A stretch of DNA of 51,176 bases, the filler included, from Dirinaria sp. TL-2023a (taxonomy: Eukaryota), in NCBI GenBank assembly GCA_051941275.1. It is 3 parts of 3 records of this genome, joined end to end, with 100 filler letters (N's around TTAATTAATTAA, not from the genome) between each part and the next. Parts side by side here need not be neighbours in the genome. Positions count along the whole stretch, not along the records: positions 1 to 17,001 come from JAVEBF010000459.1; positions 17,102 to 34,100 come from JAVEBF010000460.1; 1 more part is not named here. One strand, given 5' to 3'. Position 1 is the stretch's first letter; every line of letters starts with the position of its first letter. The position numbers were made by a program, and so were the translations under genes. A model generated the notes under the pieces. It was not told where the DNA came from, ran no database searches, and was given only the letters and a program-made list of their open reading frames with translations. Positions 12,251-24,270 of the stretch are shown here, one piece after another.

Positions 12251-14161
12251 CGAAGTACCATTCACAAAGAGGTATCCATACCTCTAGGGCAGAGACGCGA
12301 CAGAAGCGACTTCCCGTGTAGAAAAGCTAGTATAAAAGATCCATGCTCAGCTAGGGAAGGCTACTGATGCGTAGAAGATTCTGTAAGTGTAATGTATCCG
12401 AGAAAATTCTCGGTTGCGAGCACGAATTCTGCGAAATAATTCTATGGGATAGTATATACTTACTGTAGACACGCTCGACATGTACTTAGGATTAGTGCTT
12501 GTGCATTGTTCACGGGTATACTTCGGTAGAGCCTTGCCTATTCGAGAGCGCTTGCTTTTCCCGCATCTTCACATGAAGGTGCGTCAGGGACAGTCAGATT
12601 ACTTACTTTGATGTTCAATGGGACTGGCTTTGCCCACTTCATGAGTCGCAGCACACAAGCTGAAGCTCAAGCGAAAGAAGGGGAGTACCAATTTTGCTGC
12701 CAGCCTCACCGACGCAAACAGACGACGTCTGCTACATCCCAGGTCAATCGAACCTCATTACTGCAATCCTACCGAAGCAGTCGTGCTACATCTCCACCAT
12801 GTCCTGGTTTTCCATTCTTCCAGCCCACTTGACGGTTGTGGAAACATGGATCATAAGAGCCTTTGTGAGACACTGCTTTGGTATTAGAAAGTCTATCTTG
12901 GAGCTTACTCCGGCCACCAGCTTGTTCTAGGCATCGCAACCATTGGACCGTGGGCCGTTCTGATTGTGTACGATTTGGTTCTCTACATCATTCGAGCCAC
13001 AGTATATGAGTATTTTGGTGGGAGAACACGAGGGAGGCAAAAGCCGAGGGCTCCGAGCTTGGCAGAGAGACCTGATGGCCGACCTCGCTCCTTCAGTATC
13101 ACAGTTGGTGCGACCACCAACATAGAGAGCGAGGACACGAGTCTTTTCCGAGAGCGATTGAGAAGCTCACCGTCACCCGAAGAGAATGAGGCTGCCTATG
13201 AATAAGCTGAAGAGGAGCTCTCGATTTCAATCGTGTACGAGTCATAGGCACAGGTTTGTCAGCTTGCCTCGTCTTTCAAGGCCCCAAGTATCAAGATCGG
13301 CGGCATCAAGGAGCAGCGAGCCTGTCTCAATGCTTCCAATATCCGACTTCAGATCTTAATGGAGGGTTCAAATGACCTTCCAAAAGAAGCTGCTCGGAAA
13401 ATTCCGGCGGATGCTCAGCATTCACAATGATGTGTCGAGTATCGAGCACGGATCTCCAATACAACAACCTTTGCTAGGGGCAAAGTGAGATTGTATTGCA
13501 AATTTACGAACAAGAAAATCTGGAATCGCAGTGAGCCGGCAATACTTGCAGCTTGTGTGTTTAACCTACAGTCGTACGAAAATGCTGCCCAACAGCCCAC
13601 TCCTAATTTTCATCGCTCATTTTTTCTTTTCGACATTTTCCGAGCAAATTCTGCCTCCTGCAACTACGATTGGACGGCGAAAAAGCCTTGACATGAATTA
13701 TTTGAAAAGGGCAATCAAATCCGTGACCAATCCATTGACTTCAGACCAGTTGGCGGTTCATCTGCAATTGCGACCTAACTCGCCCACCGCTTGATCTATG
13801 CTGTGGCACCATGCAATCTCCCTTTGACCAAGCCACACGACCCCAGCAATGAGTTTTCAGCACATGGGCTGAGAAACCGGTCATCGCATGCCACTGTACT
13901 ATGTCAAGCTCGATATTGAGTTGCCAACTACACTTGGTGGAGGTTGTTTGCCGTAATTCAGCAGCGCAGAGATGTTTGTGTGCTGGCACCTCGCAAACCA
14001 AACCAAGACATAATGTTCGGTTTCGCCATCCTATTTTTTGAATTCTGTTCTCATCCGATCAGATATAGTCCGCCTGACACTCGTTTCTGTCAGTATTCTT
14101 CTGCTTCCCAGCATTATTCCCGCCTTCTTGAGCGTTTTACGAACCTTTTGCAGAAGCTGTG

Positions 14162-14970
14162 ATGTCGGTCATCCCTCCGACCATTGTCGAAAGCCGTCCC
14201 TTCAGCCCGGTCATGATGTCCCTCCGCTCGCACCAACAGCCTTACAGATCTTTGCCCGGCACACCGATGGGAATGGACCCTAGAGCACTCGCTACAATGG
14301 ATATCGGACCCTCTCTGAATCACGCTCGTTCTTCCCTGCAGGTCGATGATTACTTCTCCGGCGCTCCGAGGTATGGGACCGCGATGAAGCCAAGAAGCCC
14401 CTATGTGGCTGTGCCGAACTACGAGCAGGAGCAACAACACATGCAGGGAAGTCCAGAAATGGCCATGGACAGCCTGACGCATATGATCAACAGGTACGCT
14501 CACGTGCTTGGCGAACAAGGCTACGAATACTCTAATTGACAGTGCCAGGACCAATCTTGCCGCCAGCCTTATCAATATCCAAATCAGTCCCACAGCGAAA
14601 TACGCCAAAATTTTCCCGCACATGTGCGATGACGGCAGTTTTCCAGTCGACTTCCGAACCCCGAAAACCGTTGAAACCATGCGCGTCCTGGACAGTGAGT
14701 GTTGCCAACCCTATTCCTTAGCATATTTGCCTAGGATACAATAGGGATTGTCCTTCAATGTACTAATTGACGCGCGTAGATTCGCAGCTCGACCGCATCA
14801 TGCAATCTTACCGTCTTCCCCTGGATCTCCGCTCCATTACTACATTCAGCTCGCGTGAGACCACACATAGCAGCACTCGTGTCAGGCAGGCAAAATTGCA
14901 CAGCCTTTGGGAGTACCTTGGAGCACACAAGCTGCTCGAGTACGATAAGATGAGGAAAGGAATGATCTAG
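14162..14970 (+). CDS. Hypothetical fungal protein (3 exons)
   Basis: Three ORF pieces join in frame via GT-AG introns 14494-14542 and 14695-14779, both with CTAAT branch points: ...MINS|ARTNLAASLINIQ...IFPHMCDDGSFPVDFRTPKTVETMRVLD|NSQLDRIMQSYRLP...KLHSLWEYLGAHKLLEYDKMRKGMI*. Confidence 0.8.
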
Positions 14971-15982
14971 GCGTTCGTCACGCACAGCGCAGAGAAAGAA
15001 GCCGGTGATAGGAGGGATACAGAGAGCGGGACCTTGGGAGCGTGGGATTGAATTCGATGACTATCTCGTACATGGATTGGAGTCTGATGTGGTGTTCTAA
15101 CCTATTCATTTGGACGTTTTGCTTTTTTCGTCTTAGGTTGTTCTTTCCTTCTCCCCTCCCCTCCCCTCCATCTAAGGAGGTCGCATTGTTTCCACTGCTT
15201 CGGTACGAACAAAAGTTGACGAGTGCGCACATTCTATGGGAGCTGTTCATTTCCGCAGCAGCTGATCGCCATGCCAGCTGGCTTTAACCTAGTGATGGGC
15301 TTTGCAGGTTGGGATGTCTCGGCCATATTTCACTTTGCGCGCCTGGATATCCATATCCCACGGGAACCTGGAGGGGATGGGTTTGCGTGGATCTAGGCAC
15401 GCAAACCAATTATTGCAAAGCATTAGGCAAGACTTTCCACGCATGGGTGGGGCGTATCGTCGGAAATTTGGTGGGTTGCGATGTGCTGTATCGCGGTGAT
15501 GGTGGTCGGCAGTAGGGAAGATTAGAGAGAGTTTACCACAGAACGACAGCTCCAGTATCTCGATGATGATCATCAGGCGTCAATGGCCCCTTTCTGCGCA
15601 GCGAGTGTGTGATATGGCGGGCTTGGCCGTTGAAGCTGCACGACTGAGCTCCGCGCAGGATGCTGGGCAGCTAGTGATGCAATTCTCTGATCGTAATCGC
15701 CTGTACATGATCCCGCCTCGAACGTATGCACGAGCGTGTGGAGCTTCTGCGCCACCGCCAACACACCTTATTCCTTCTTCGGCTAACTGGCAAAGGTTGG
15801 GCGAAAAAGTAAGGTAAGGGTAGAGTAGAGCAAACCGCTGCAGGTGCCCCTCGTGTTCCATTGATCGCCCATCGTGCTTACGCGCAAGCTACTTCAACGG
15901 CAGCGCAATCGGAGGTGTGTGCAAGCCATTGCGTTTTGGCAACCGCCACCTTGGGATTCCTTGATTCGGACAGAGGATGTGC

Positions 15983-16032
15983 CGTGTGTGGATGTGTGTG
16001 TGTGTGTATGTGTAAGTAGTAGTGTGTGTGTG
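15983..16032. repeat. Imperfect (TG)n microsatellite
   Basis: gtgtgtggatgtgtgtgtgtgtgtatgtgtaagtagtagtgtgtgtgtg. Confidence 0.85.
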
Positions 16033-16487
16033 AGTGAGGGATGGACTCTGCGTGTGTTCTACCTGTCCAAGGGGATGTCGCGCGGCTACAGCCTCACCGT
16101 CCCGTCTCACGCCATGGTTTAAGAATTAAGACTCACACCTGGGACTAGAGGCGAACGAGTAATCGTCCCAATCGAGCAAGCTGGTCATGTGCACAGCCAT
16201 GGTGGATGATGATAGGGTGTTTTTGGGCTCAGGTAGAAGCTGGGAGGAAGGAGAGAGGGAGGAGGGGTGAGGGGGAATTGCTTGCAGAATGCCCTTGTCC
16301 CACTATGGTGCCATGGGAATTCTCCAATTTTTCCGCGTCAAAGCTCCAAGATTCCTGTCTGTCAGTATTGCAGAGTGCAGGGTGCAGATTGCATGCTGCA
16401 GGCCTAGAAATAGGCCGAACCAGGGTTCTTTGAGGGTTGAGGCTTCGAGGCGGTTCAGTAGTAGTGTCTCGAGTGTGTGTGTGTGCC

Positions 16488-16521
16488 CTTGGCACCCTTG
16501 GCACCCTTGGCATACCTGGCA
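16488..16521 (-). promoter_or_regulatory. Four tandem TGCCARG (PacC/Rim101-type) sites with 9-bp period
   Basis: CTTGGCA starting at 16488, 16497, 16506 and CCTGGCA at 16515 = TGCCAAG x3 + TGCCAGG on the minus strand. Confidence 0.55.
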
Positions 16522-16736
16522 TGATCAGCAAGTCGGCTTAACCTTCTTCTTCTGGCTGAAATGATCGCCCGAAGACCCCAAGCTTTTGGTGCAATGCAGG
16601 TGCAAGCAGGTGCAAGCAGAGGCAAGTTGGTCCACGGTACAGGAAAAGGTAGTGTCATGTATCACATACTACCGTAGATACTAGGTAGGTACGACCGTAG
16701 CGACTACTGTAGGTACTACCTGAACAGGGTTACAGG

Positions 16737-16861
16737 CCAGACACCAGACACCAGACACCAGAACACACGCAACACACTACTCACTCAACAGCCGCTCTCG
16801 CCGCTCTTCATGATTCCTTTCAGGTTCCTCCTCTAACCTGAACAGTGAACCGCCCACATGA

Positions 16862-16893
<32 letters not shown>
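16737..16893. repeat. (CCAGACA)3+ and (TTGC)8 simple repeats
   Basis: ccagacaccagacaccagacaccaga from 16737; ttgc x8 at 16862-16893. Confidence 0.9.
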
Positions 16894-16894
<1 letters not shown>

Positions 16895-17001
16895 GGATAG
16901 CTTACACTCTCAGGAAGCAAGACCTACCTTACCCATCTCAGCTTCTCTCCTGTGCCTGATACCCTGATCATCTTACCTTACTTGCCCTCCCTGTAAACCA
17001 C

Positions 17002-17101
17002 NNNNNNNNNNNNNNNNNNNNNNNNNNNNNNNNNNNNNNNNNNNNTTAATTAATTAANNNNNNNNNNNNNNNNNNNNNNNNNNNNNNNNNNNNNNNNNNN
17101 N
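17002..17101. other. Assembly gap with artificial TTAATTAATTAA linker
   Basis: 100-nt N run with TTAATTAATTAA (stops in all six frames) at 17046-17057; identical design to the gap at 34101-34200. Confidence 0.97.
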
Positions 17102-17378
17102 ACACCGCCCACCACCCCAGGCAGCTCGCGTTGACGGGGCTATACCCGGCCAGATCCCCGCTCTTGTGCAGCCGGTGGTGCGTCTTGCCGAAGGTCACGC
17201 AGGGGCAGCAGCACGTCACGAAGCAGGTGTCGATGGGCTCGAAGCAGCCGAAGAACGAGGACGACCAGGCCGCGTGGCCCGTCGGGTTCGTGATCGCGTG
17301 CGGGTCGCTGATGGCGTGGTTCGTGCGCGCCACCCAGTGGTCGAGGTCTTGCTGCATTTCGGATTTCGGGGCGGACAT
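17102..17378 (-). CDS. PLAC8 / DUF614 cysteine-rich protein, 3' end lost in the gap
   Basis: WSSSFFGCFEPIDTCFVTCCCPCVTFGKTHHRL is the PLAC8 signature; ORF runs into the N gap; strongly GC3-biased. Confidence 0.9.
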
Positions 17379-19416
17379 TTTCTTTCTTTCTTTTTTTTTT
17401 TTTGGCTGTTTGTTGTTGGGCGGGTGTTTGGGGGGTTGGATTTGGTGGGAGGGTGCTTTTGTCGAAGAGATTATTCTTTTTTGAGGGGGGGGGCTAGAGA
17501 AGGGGAATGGATATATGTATTTGCGAAAACAAAAAAAAGGTCCCGGAACGAGCGTTCGTAGTTGGAAGGGACACTCACTCGGTTCGAGAATTGGTGATGA
17601 AAAGAAAGGGATGAAGCCGGCTCTTTATTTCACACGCGGAATCAGATACTGCCATCACTACTTACTTAGGTCAATGTTCAGCCCCTCTAGACTAGTTCAT
17701 CGTCTTTGCTTGATTCCTCTCGCTATCCCGAAGCAGCAGGAATAGACGGGGCGATCATTGTGCTTAATTTCCTGGGAGTCTGGGACCGCAATATTGAAAT
17801 TGGCCTCCTAGGGGAGATTGGATGATTCCCAAGAGGGCCAAGCTTCGTCTTTAAGCGAATTGCAGGCGACGGCGCCAATCTTAGCGCCAACTTTTTTTTT
17901 TGCCGGGCGGGAAATTACTTCGTGTTGGGGCTGGGCTTTTCTGACTCCGTGACCCGTACTCTACTTATCGTTGGAATTAAGGCCATGCAGTAGCCGACCT
18001 AATTAAAGCAAATATAGCGTTTTGATCAGACGATTGTAGACGAAGGCACTTAGCCAGGTGCTGCCGATTCTTCAGCCCCACGGCCCACGAGTTCGGTCGA
18101 CCACGCCGTAAGTCCCGGCTAGCGTGGTCCAATGCAAGTGGTATGGTCAACCAGAAGTCGCCCCCAAGATCATTATTCAACCGGAGCCTGGAGGTCCCAA
18201 CTTGCTACTAGGGTGCCGCTGTGCTCGCTCCAAAGCGCGACTGCAGTCACCTGGACGATACAGTCTTCGCCTACATGGCGCGCTAGCCAGCACCTATGGC
18301 GTGGTCTTCGGACTGATCTGAGAAGCAAATTCTCAGGCCATATTATCACCTTATTAACAGGAGAACCCATCGGACACTTTGAAAATCTTTTTAAAAATAG
18401 CAGTTTTGCATATTCTCCAGGCCCCACGGGACTTCTAAACTTACCATACGAGTAGTGGGAGATGCGGCCTACGAGATTCCAGCGGCCTCTAGACCTGTCA
18501 TCCTTGTTGAGGGAAATTGCAATAGCAGAATGGCTGGGACACGGAAACCGTTTTGCCGGTGTCGTTCAGCAAAAAATCAACTGCCGCACATTTTTCCGCC
18601 GCTGGTATCATGAGGATATCCTGGGGCAAATTATGATAAGGAATTAAGAAATAAACCGTCCATTCTGATCAGCTGATTTACAGTGCCTGGTGACGCCAGA
18701 CGTTTCGGGATGGTACTTTCGCGGCGCTTATTGCCGATGGGCTTCGTTTGGAGAATATTGTTTGAGATGGTTGGTAAGGTAAATGATTTCTCTTGATCTT
18801 TCAAGCTGAACATGATTCAAAGCTATCAGAAATTTTGCAGAAGTCTGTTGGAGTATCTAACGACCTGTTTGTTGCATGAGGAAATCCTTACATTACCGGA
18901 TTTTATACAAACTTTTACAAAACTGTATTTGAGTGGTGTTTGACGAGCGGCTTTTCTGATTGGAAAAGGACTTCCTGTCTTTGATGTTGTCGTAGCTCAA
19001 GTATTCAAGTCAACGCTCGAGGAACAGGCTATTGGTACTTATCGGCGATGCTGTCCTCTTTTCGGGCCCAGAAGGATGAAGAGGAGTAATCCAAAGACGT
19101 GAACAGCGATACCTTTGATTCCAAGGAGCAACATGAGTCTTCTTGCCGCTAGAATTCGTGTATATTTTTGCTAGGCTGCAGATAAATATATTTCGACTGC
19201 ATTCAATGTTATTTACGCATTTAGTAGCATCGTCAGCACGGCGGTCGAGCCTGTGGGTATTGGTAGCGACCTTCAGAATTCAATTCGGAGCAATGTGTAA
19301 GATAAGCATAATATTGAGGATTGCAACAATTGGATGCGGCATGTATCGCTTATCAGATGGCTAAGTTGATTGAGTCTCTATGGGTCTTCCAGGATCGCGG
19401 TAGTAGAATAGATGGG

Positions 19417-21360
19417 TTATTTTCTTTTCAACCGCTGCAACTCTGCAGGCGCGTTCCGTATCAGCTCATACCACAACCGTGCTTCTTCTGCTTCTTCGTC
19501 CCGTCTGAGCTCGGTCAGCCACGCCTGTAGTTCTACGATGCGCGCTCTTGCCGTGACGTCCCCGGAGCCCTGGGCGGAGATCCGCACATCGACAGCTTCC
19601 CGGAGTGTCGCCACCCCCAGGTCGCGCTCCGACAGCAACTTCTGACAACGAGCTAGGTAATACAGACCCTCGGCTTGACAGTATGGTATGTATTGGGGAG
19701 GCTTCACCATGTGAACCGTGGCGAGTAGTTCATGGCACTCTCGTTCAGCTACTTGGTACTGGCGTTCATTTATTAGCTCATCAAGCAGCCTGACCCGAAC
19801 TTCGACGGTCCGAAAATCGTGTTCACCTATATTGGCTTGGCATTGTGATAAAAGTTCTCTCAAGCCATGGAGCGTAGCGTGGTTTGAATAAGTAACCAGC
19901 GATGTCCAGTGCATGGGGCCGAGGTTGTTTCCGAAGCCGTCAGCCATTGTCCGTAAGCAATTGACGCCAGCCTCACGAAAATCCGACTCGTTAAGTCTGC
20001 AAAGCGACTTGGCAATCCTTGGAAGTGGATGTTGCTGCCCAAGAAGAAGTTCTCCGGGACCGGCAACCGCGTGGAAAAGGGCAAAAATCACTCCTGGTCT
20101 CGTATAGCGACTGAATAGGTTAGCGACTAAGGTCAGAAGAGTTAGGAGGGTTCTAGGGAGCTCCAGTGGAAGTACGTAGCTTAAAGCGGCGATTGCGGAA
20201 TCTTGGGCGGCCTTTGCCTTCTCTTTATTAGTTAGTTCATGTAGATCGCAAGCTTCCCATGAACTTGAGTAGAGAGTGTCCAGGTATTGAGGTCCTGATG
20301 GGTTGGAGGAAATTCTGCCGTCCCCGATGCTGTAACAATCTTCTAATTCCTCGGTTTTAACCCAGGTACCAGAGTCGAATAAGCCATTCATGAAATCGCG
20401 GACAGCTGCAAACGTTGATTCCGGAAGAGCAAGTACCTTAGGAGTTGAAATCGGCGATTGAAGGGGTATGAAGCACATTACTGCCTCAGGGGTCGAGGAG
20501 GTCTGTCTTTGAGCCATTACGTCCTCGATGGTTATCCGCCGCCGCCCAAAATACCTAACCATCTCCGCGTAGTCCACGTCCTGACCTCTGATTCGAAATA
20601 TTGATGGCTTGCTAATGGCCTTTCGTTCAGCAAACTTTCTTGCAACTGCGCTCATTTCTTTCGCTCTACTGTTCTTACCAAGGCCCCATTCTTTGATGCG
20701 GCGTTTGTAAGTCTTGTCGCTAGAGACTATGAATCTTTGACACTAAACCAGGGCGCGCTTTGGTACTCACGAAGTGATAAAACCGTGCTTTTTTGCCATG
20801 TGCTCCATAACTTCGCCTAGGGCCATCTTGGAATAGAGATTTGTGATTAGAGGTCGATGTTTCACCCAATCGTCTTTGGAGGTCCGCTTAGTCGCTTTTT
20901 GTGCTCGTGCCTTTGATAAGATGGGAGCCGTTTCACTGGCGTGCTGATTCAGCGCTTGTAGATGAAAAAGCTCTGTGGGAGATCTAATTAACCTGAGATC
21001 AGAAGTCTGAGAAGAGGTTGGCAGAGGACAAGCTCGCAATAGGTCGAGATCGACAATCCCCGTGTCCATCGAGGAGTCCCTGTGCGTCGACATTTCTCCG
21101 ACTCCGCGCTCGAGACGGATCTCGGCAGAATAAGGTACGCCACAAGGCCCGATATGATTATCGGATATATTGCCTTGGTTGAGAATTGGGTCTGCCGCAA
21201 GTTCCTGATGAGAACTCTTGAAATAAGAATCTTCGTATGCATCCACCATGCTCTGACTGTATGCCTCGAATGCTTGAAAGAATCTGGAGTCATTGATCGC
21301 ACTAGAATCATTGAGTTTCTTTCCACTATCGCCGACACGGTCTTGCAAATCAATATCCAT
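19417..21360 (-). CDS. Clr5-domain protein with C-terminal TPR-like helical region (2 exons)
   Basis: Intron 20720-20770 joins DDWVKHRPLITNLYSKMALGEVMEHMAKKHGFITS|DKTYKRRIKEWGLGKN (Clr5 domain pattern) to the 412-aa ORF; C-terminus AEGLYYLARCQKLLSERDLGVATLREAVDVRISAQG is TPR-like. Confidence 0.85.
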
Positions 21361-23206
21361 AGCCGCACTTGGTACGGCTGTCTTCGGAGTGCGAAGCCTA
21401 GAGAAACGAGTTGTAACGTTTGGAGTTTTTGATTTTAGGAGATGTGAATGTTGGTCCGAGTAATGCTAGGAAACGCATGGCTTAAATGGGAGCAAGTAGA
21501 GATGCTAAGTATTGAAAATGCTAGCTTCACACTGGGATGTCACTTTTGTATGGACATACACAATAAGGCTGCATAATGGTTGGGTGAGAGACCTCGATCC
21601 TATATCCCATGTGTTCGAGGCTAATGATGAGATGTGAGGCGAGATCAAAAGTGAAGCGTGCGAGACAGGCCCTACGAGGGCCATCCTTGTGGTGGTGTGC
21701 GAGCGTGACAACATACACTAATTCTGGGGACCTATAACGTGGCTCATCAGCTGGTTGTGACTTTGTGTACGGCGAATGAATTGAACCGATCGATGGCGTG
21801 GATCAACTTGATGGTCTTCGTGCCTGAGGGTTAGTTTCGTTTCCAGATGACTCGGCCAAATTCAGGACTATAAACGCCCTGACCACCTGACGTATGCGCG
21901 AGGAAAGATGGTTGCCGATAAGTTGACGTATGCAGCGACCCATCAAATCGAAGAGCCTGCTATCCAATCGCCAGCTCAACAGCTGTGATATTGGTACGCT
22001 CATTTTGTTGTTTTCTGTGGTTATGTGCATAAACTTTAGAAAGGCTGGTCCCACAACAATAAAGGAAAGTTCGATTGTTTGGAGTTGTTAGTACTCGATA
22101 CAAAGAATGCTGGTAGTCCGAAGTCCTGTTTGCCCTGAATTCTGATATTTTACCCGCGGATGCGAGGCTTGTCGCACCGTTTCGACAAGGCTCATGCCAA
22201 AAGCGGGGGAGCATTCATCTGCCATTCGTAATGTGAGCTTTCTCGAGGGCGGTGTGGCCGGGGTAGTTGATGAGAGCTAGTACACTGATCTTCGCCTCTC
22301 ACCTTACTCAATAGGTAAGTCGCCATCGAATGCCATGCGCACCATGCATGTACAAATGCATACAATGACTGACGAGAAGCTACCAGTCTTACTTGAATTG
22401 CTGTTGCTCGAGGCAGCGCAAATAAGGACGCTCAGACGCATTGCTGAGGGTTGTGGCTGCCTGCGCAAGAGAGACTCACCAGTTTAGACAGATGACAGAC
22501 GGAAAAAAAAAAGATACCGATCACAGCCAGTGGCTGCTTGTGTAACAGGCAATGGGCGCGGCTCTTTTGAGCTTCAGCCTCATCGCTCGACTGTCGCGTA
22601 ATTATCCAATGAATTCCTGCCGCATGTTTATGCGCGCATGATTGGAAAAGAAAACACAGACCCTCCCTTTTCAAGTCCAGTATATTAGAAACCAGGTGGC
22701 ATGCCTCTCTTGTTGCGGTTGTATTTGACTTTCTAAGTGTCCATGGTGCTCCCACAAATGCACAAGCTATATCAGCACTTCGACCAGAAAGAGTATGGCT
22801 GCGACATGTATAAAGCGTTCAAACGAGAGGGCTGTTATTCAAAGACAACCAAATTCTGGGCTTGTCAAAACGTTATACGTTGGCTAAGCCACAAGTGCGA
22901 TTGAGGGGACAATACATTCTGATGGCTTGAAACTCCTACCAATGATAATACGCACGGCACCACGAATCCAATGCTGAAGTCCGAGTCGTACGCTTCATAG
23001 CTTGAGTTTTATCGGTCAAGCTATGAGCAAGCGCTTGGTAGGCTCGATAGTCCCTCCCATTAGTATAAAGTTCAGGCCGATGTCTTGAGGGGGGGAAAAA
23101 CCTCCTTACTGTGTCAGACATATCCTTTCTCTTCTGTCTATTCATCAGATCTGCGCCACTGTTCCGACACGAGGAACAACTTTGAACCACAGAGACCTAG
23201 CCCAAT

Positions 23207-23916
23207 ATGAACTATTCTCAGCACGCTATTGCTCTTTTGTTAGCGTTCAGTGCCAGACTTCAAGCTGCGCTGCTTGATCCCAGGGCTGTGAGTACAACTG
23301 ACACAGGGCCTGTCGCCCTCGCTGGAGATAAGATGGGGGCGGCGTCCTTCAGGGACGGATATAATTCTACCTTAGTCGTGTACCAGGCTGGAGATACTTC
23401 CGTAAGGGCATTGCTCGGTTTCGGACCTCCAGCAAGTAGCACTAGCTACAGAGAATCCGTGCTCCTTGCTACCGGCATAGCAAGGAACGATACACCGCTC
23501 GCTATCGCAGTGGATGAACAAATTGTCTTCGTCATCGTACGTGGCTTCCCTAGTTCGGTTCCTACAGTTGGCACCATAGAGCATCCACATTACTTGCGTC
23601 CAGAATCCTTACTGACAACAGCCTTACCCTCTTCTAGGAACACCTGTTCTACCTGAGTGCTGCTGAGTGTAATGGCGGCAATTACCTCTACGAGTTGTAC
23701 AACGACCCCTACCATGGCTGGATAGATGGCGGACTCAATCAGCTGCAAATCTGCTCTTCCAGTGAATCTAATTTTCTCTACGCAATTGGAGGGGAGCGGT
23801 CAGGGGTAGGATCGGTAGGTTCCGGTCCCATCCGCGTCGGCTACATAAGGGCCAATGATCGTACTCTCGGAGAGGCCAACACGGCAAGTAGTAGCTGGAC
23901 AATAGCTCAGTTCTGA
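23207..23916 (+). CDS. Small secreted protein, about 200 aa, fungal fucose-specific-lectin-like beta-propeller repeats (2 exons)
   Basis: Signal peptide MNYSQHAIALLLAFSARLQA; intron 23537-23637 joins in frame; motifs LVVYQAGD, ARNDTPLAIA, HLFYLS...LYELY...WIDGGLN, IRVGY...LGEA...W resemble AAL/FleA-type blades. Confidence 0.65.
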
Positions 23917-24063
23917 TTCTTATCATATCTCGGAATTGTGGAAAGACTCCACGGCGGTATGGCTGTGGGCATGTTTCTGTTGTCCAGATTGGGCAAGTGG
24001 TTCTTCTCTTGTCACGGTTCGAAGGCGTTGTGGGTAGCATGTACCCAGTTTTGGAAGTTGTGT

Positions 24064-24270
24064 TAAAACCAAGGAGTTATCCCATAACCTGGTTGAAATC
24101 GTATCACCAAGTTGTTCGATAGCATCATCAAATTGCAATAGCATGGTCAAAATCCATTACTACCTCTGCATCCTAGGTCCAGCTGCTCGAGAGCATGATC
24201 GGCTGCAGAGGAAGTAATGGTTTTTGACAATGCTACCGAACATCCCAGTGGTATGATAACTCCTAGTTTA
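24064..24270. repeat. Inverted repeat / hairpin (MITE-like or milRNA-precursor-like)
   Basis: 24139-24170 TAGCATGGTCAAAATCCATTACTACCTCTGCA is the reverse complement of 24204-24235 with 3 mismatches in 32 bp; outer blocks AGGAGTTATC / GATAACTCCT and TGTTCGATAGC / GCTACCGAACA extend the stem. Confidence 0.85.

Noticed and set aside
14508..14542. Overlapping ORFs suggesting programmed frameshift or readthrough
   Set aside because: Explained by a canonical 49-nt intron with branch point.
17046..17057. TTAATTAATTAA palindrome occurring twice (also 34145-34156), suggestive of TTAA target sites of a 17-kb piggyBac-like element
   Set aside because: Both copies are embedded in identical N runs; this is an assembly linker.
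17700..19100. Short ORFs and a possible decayed minus-strand gene
   Set aside because: Fragments could not be joined into a consistent model or assigned to a family.
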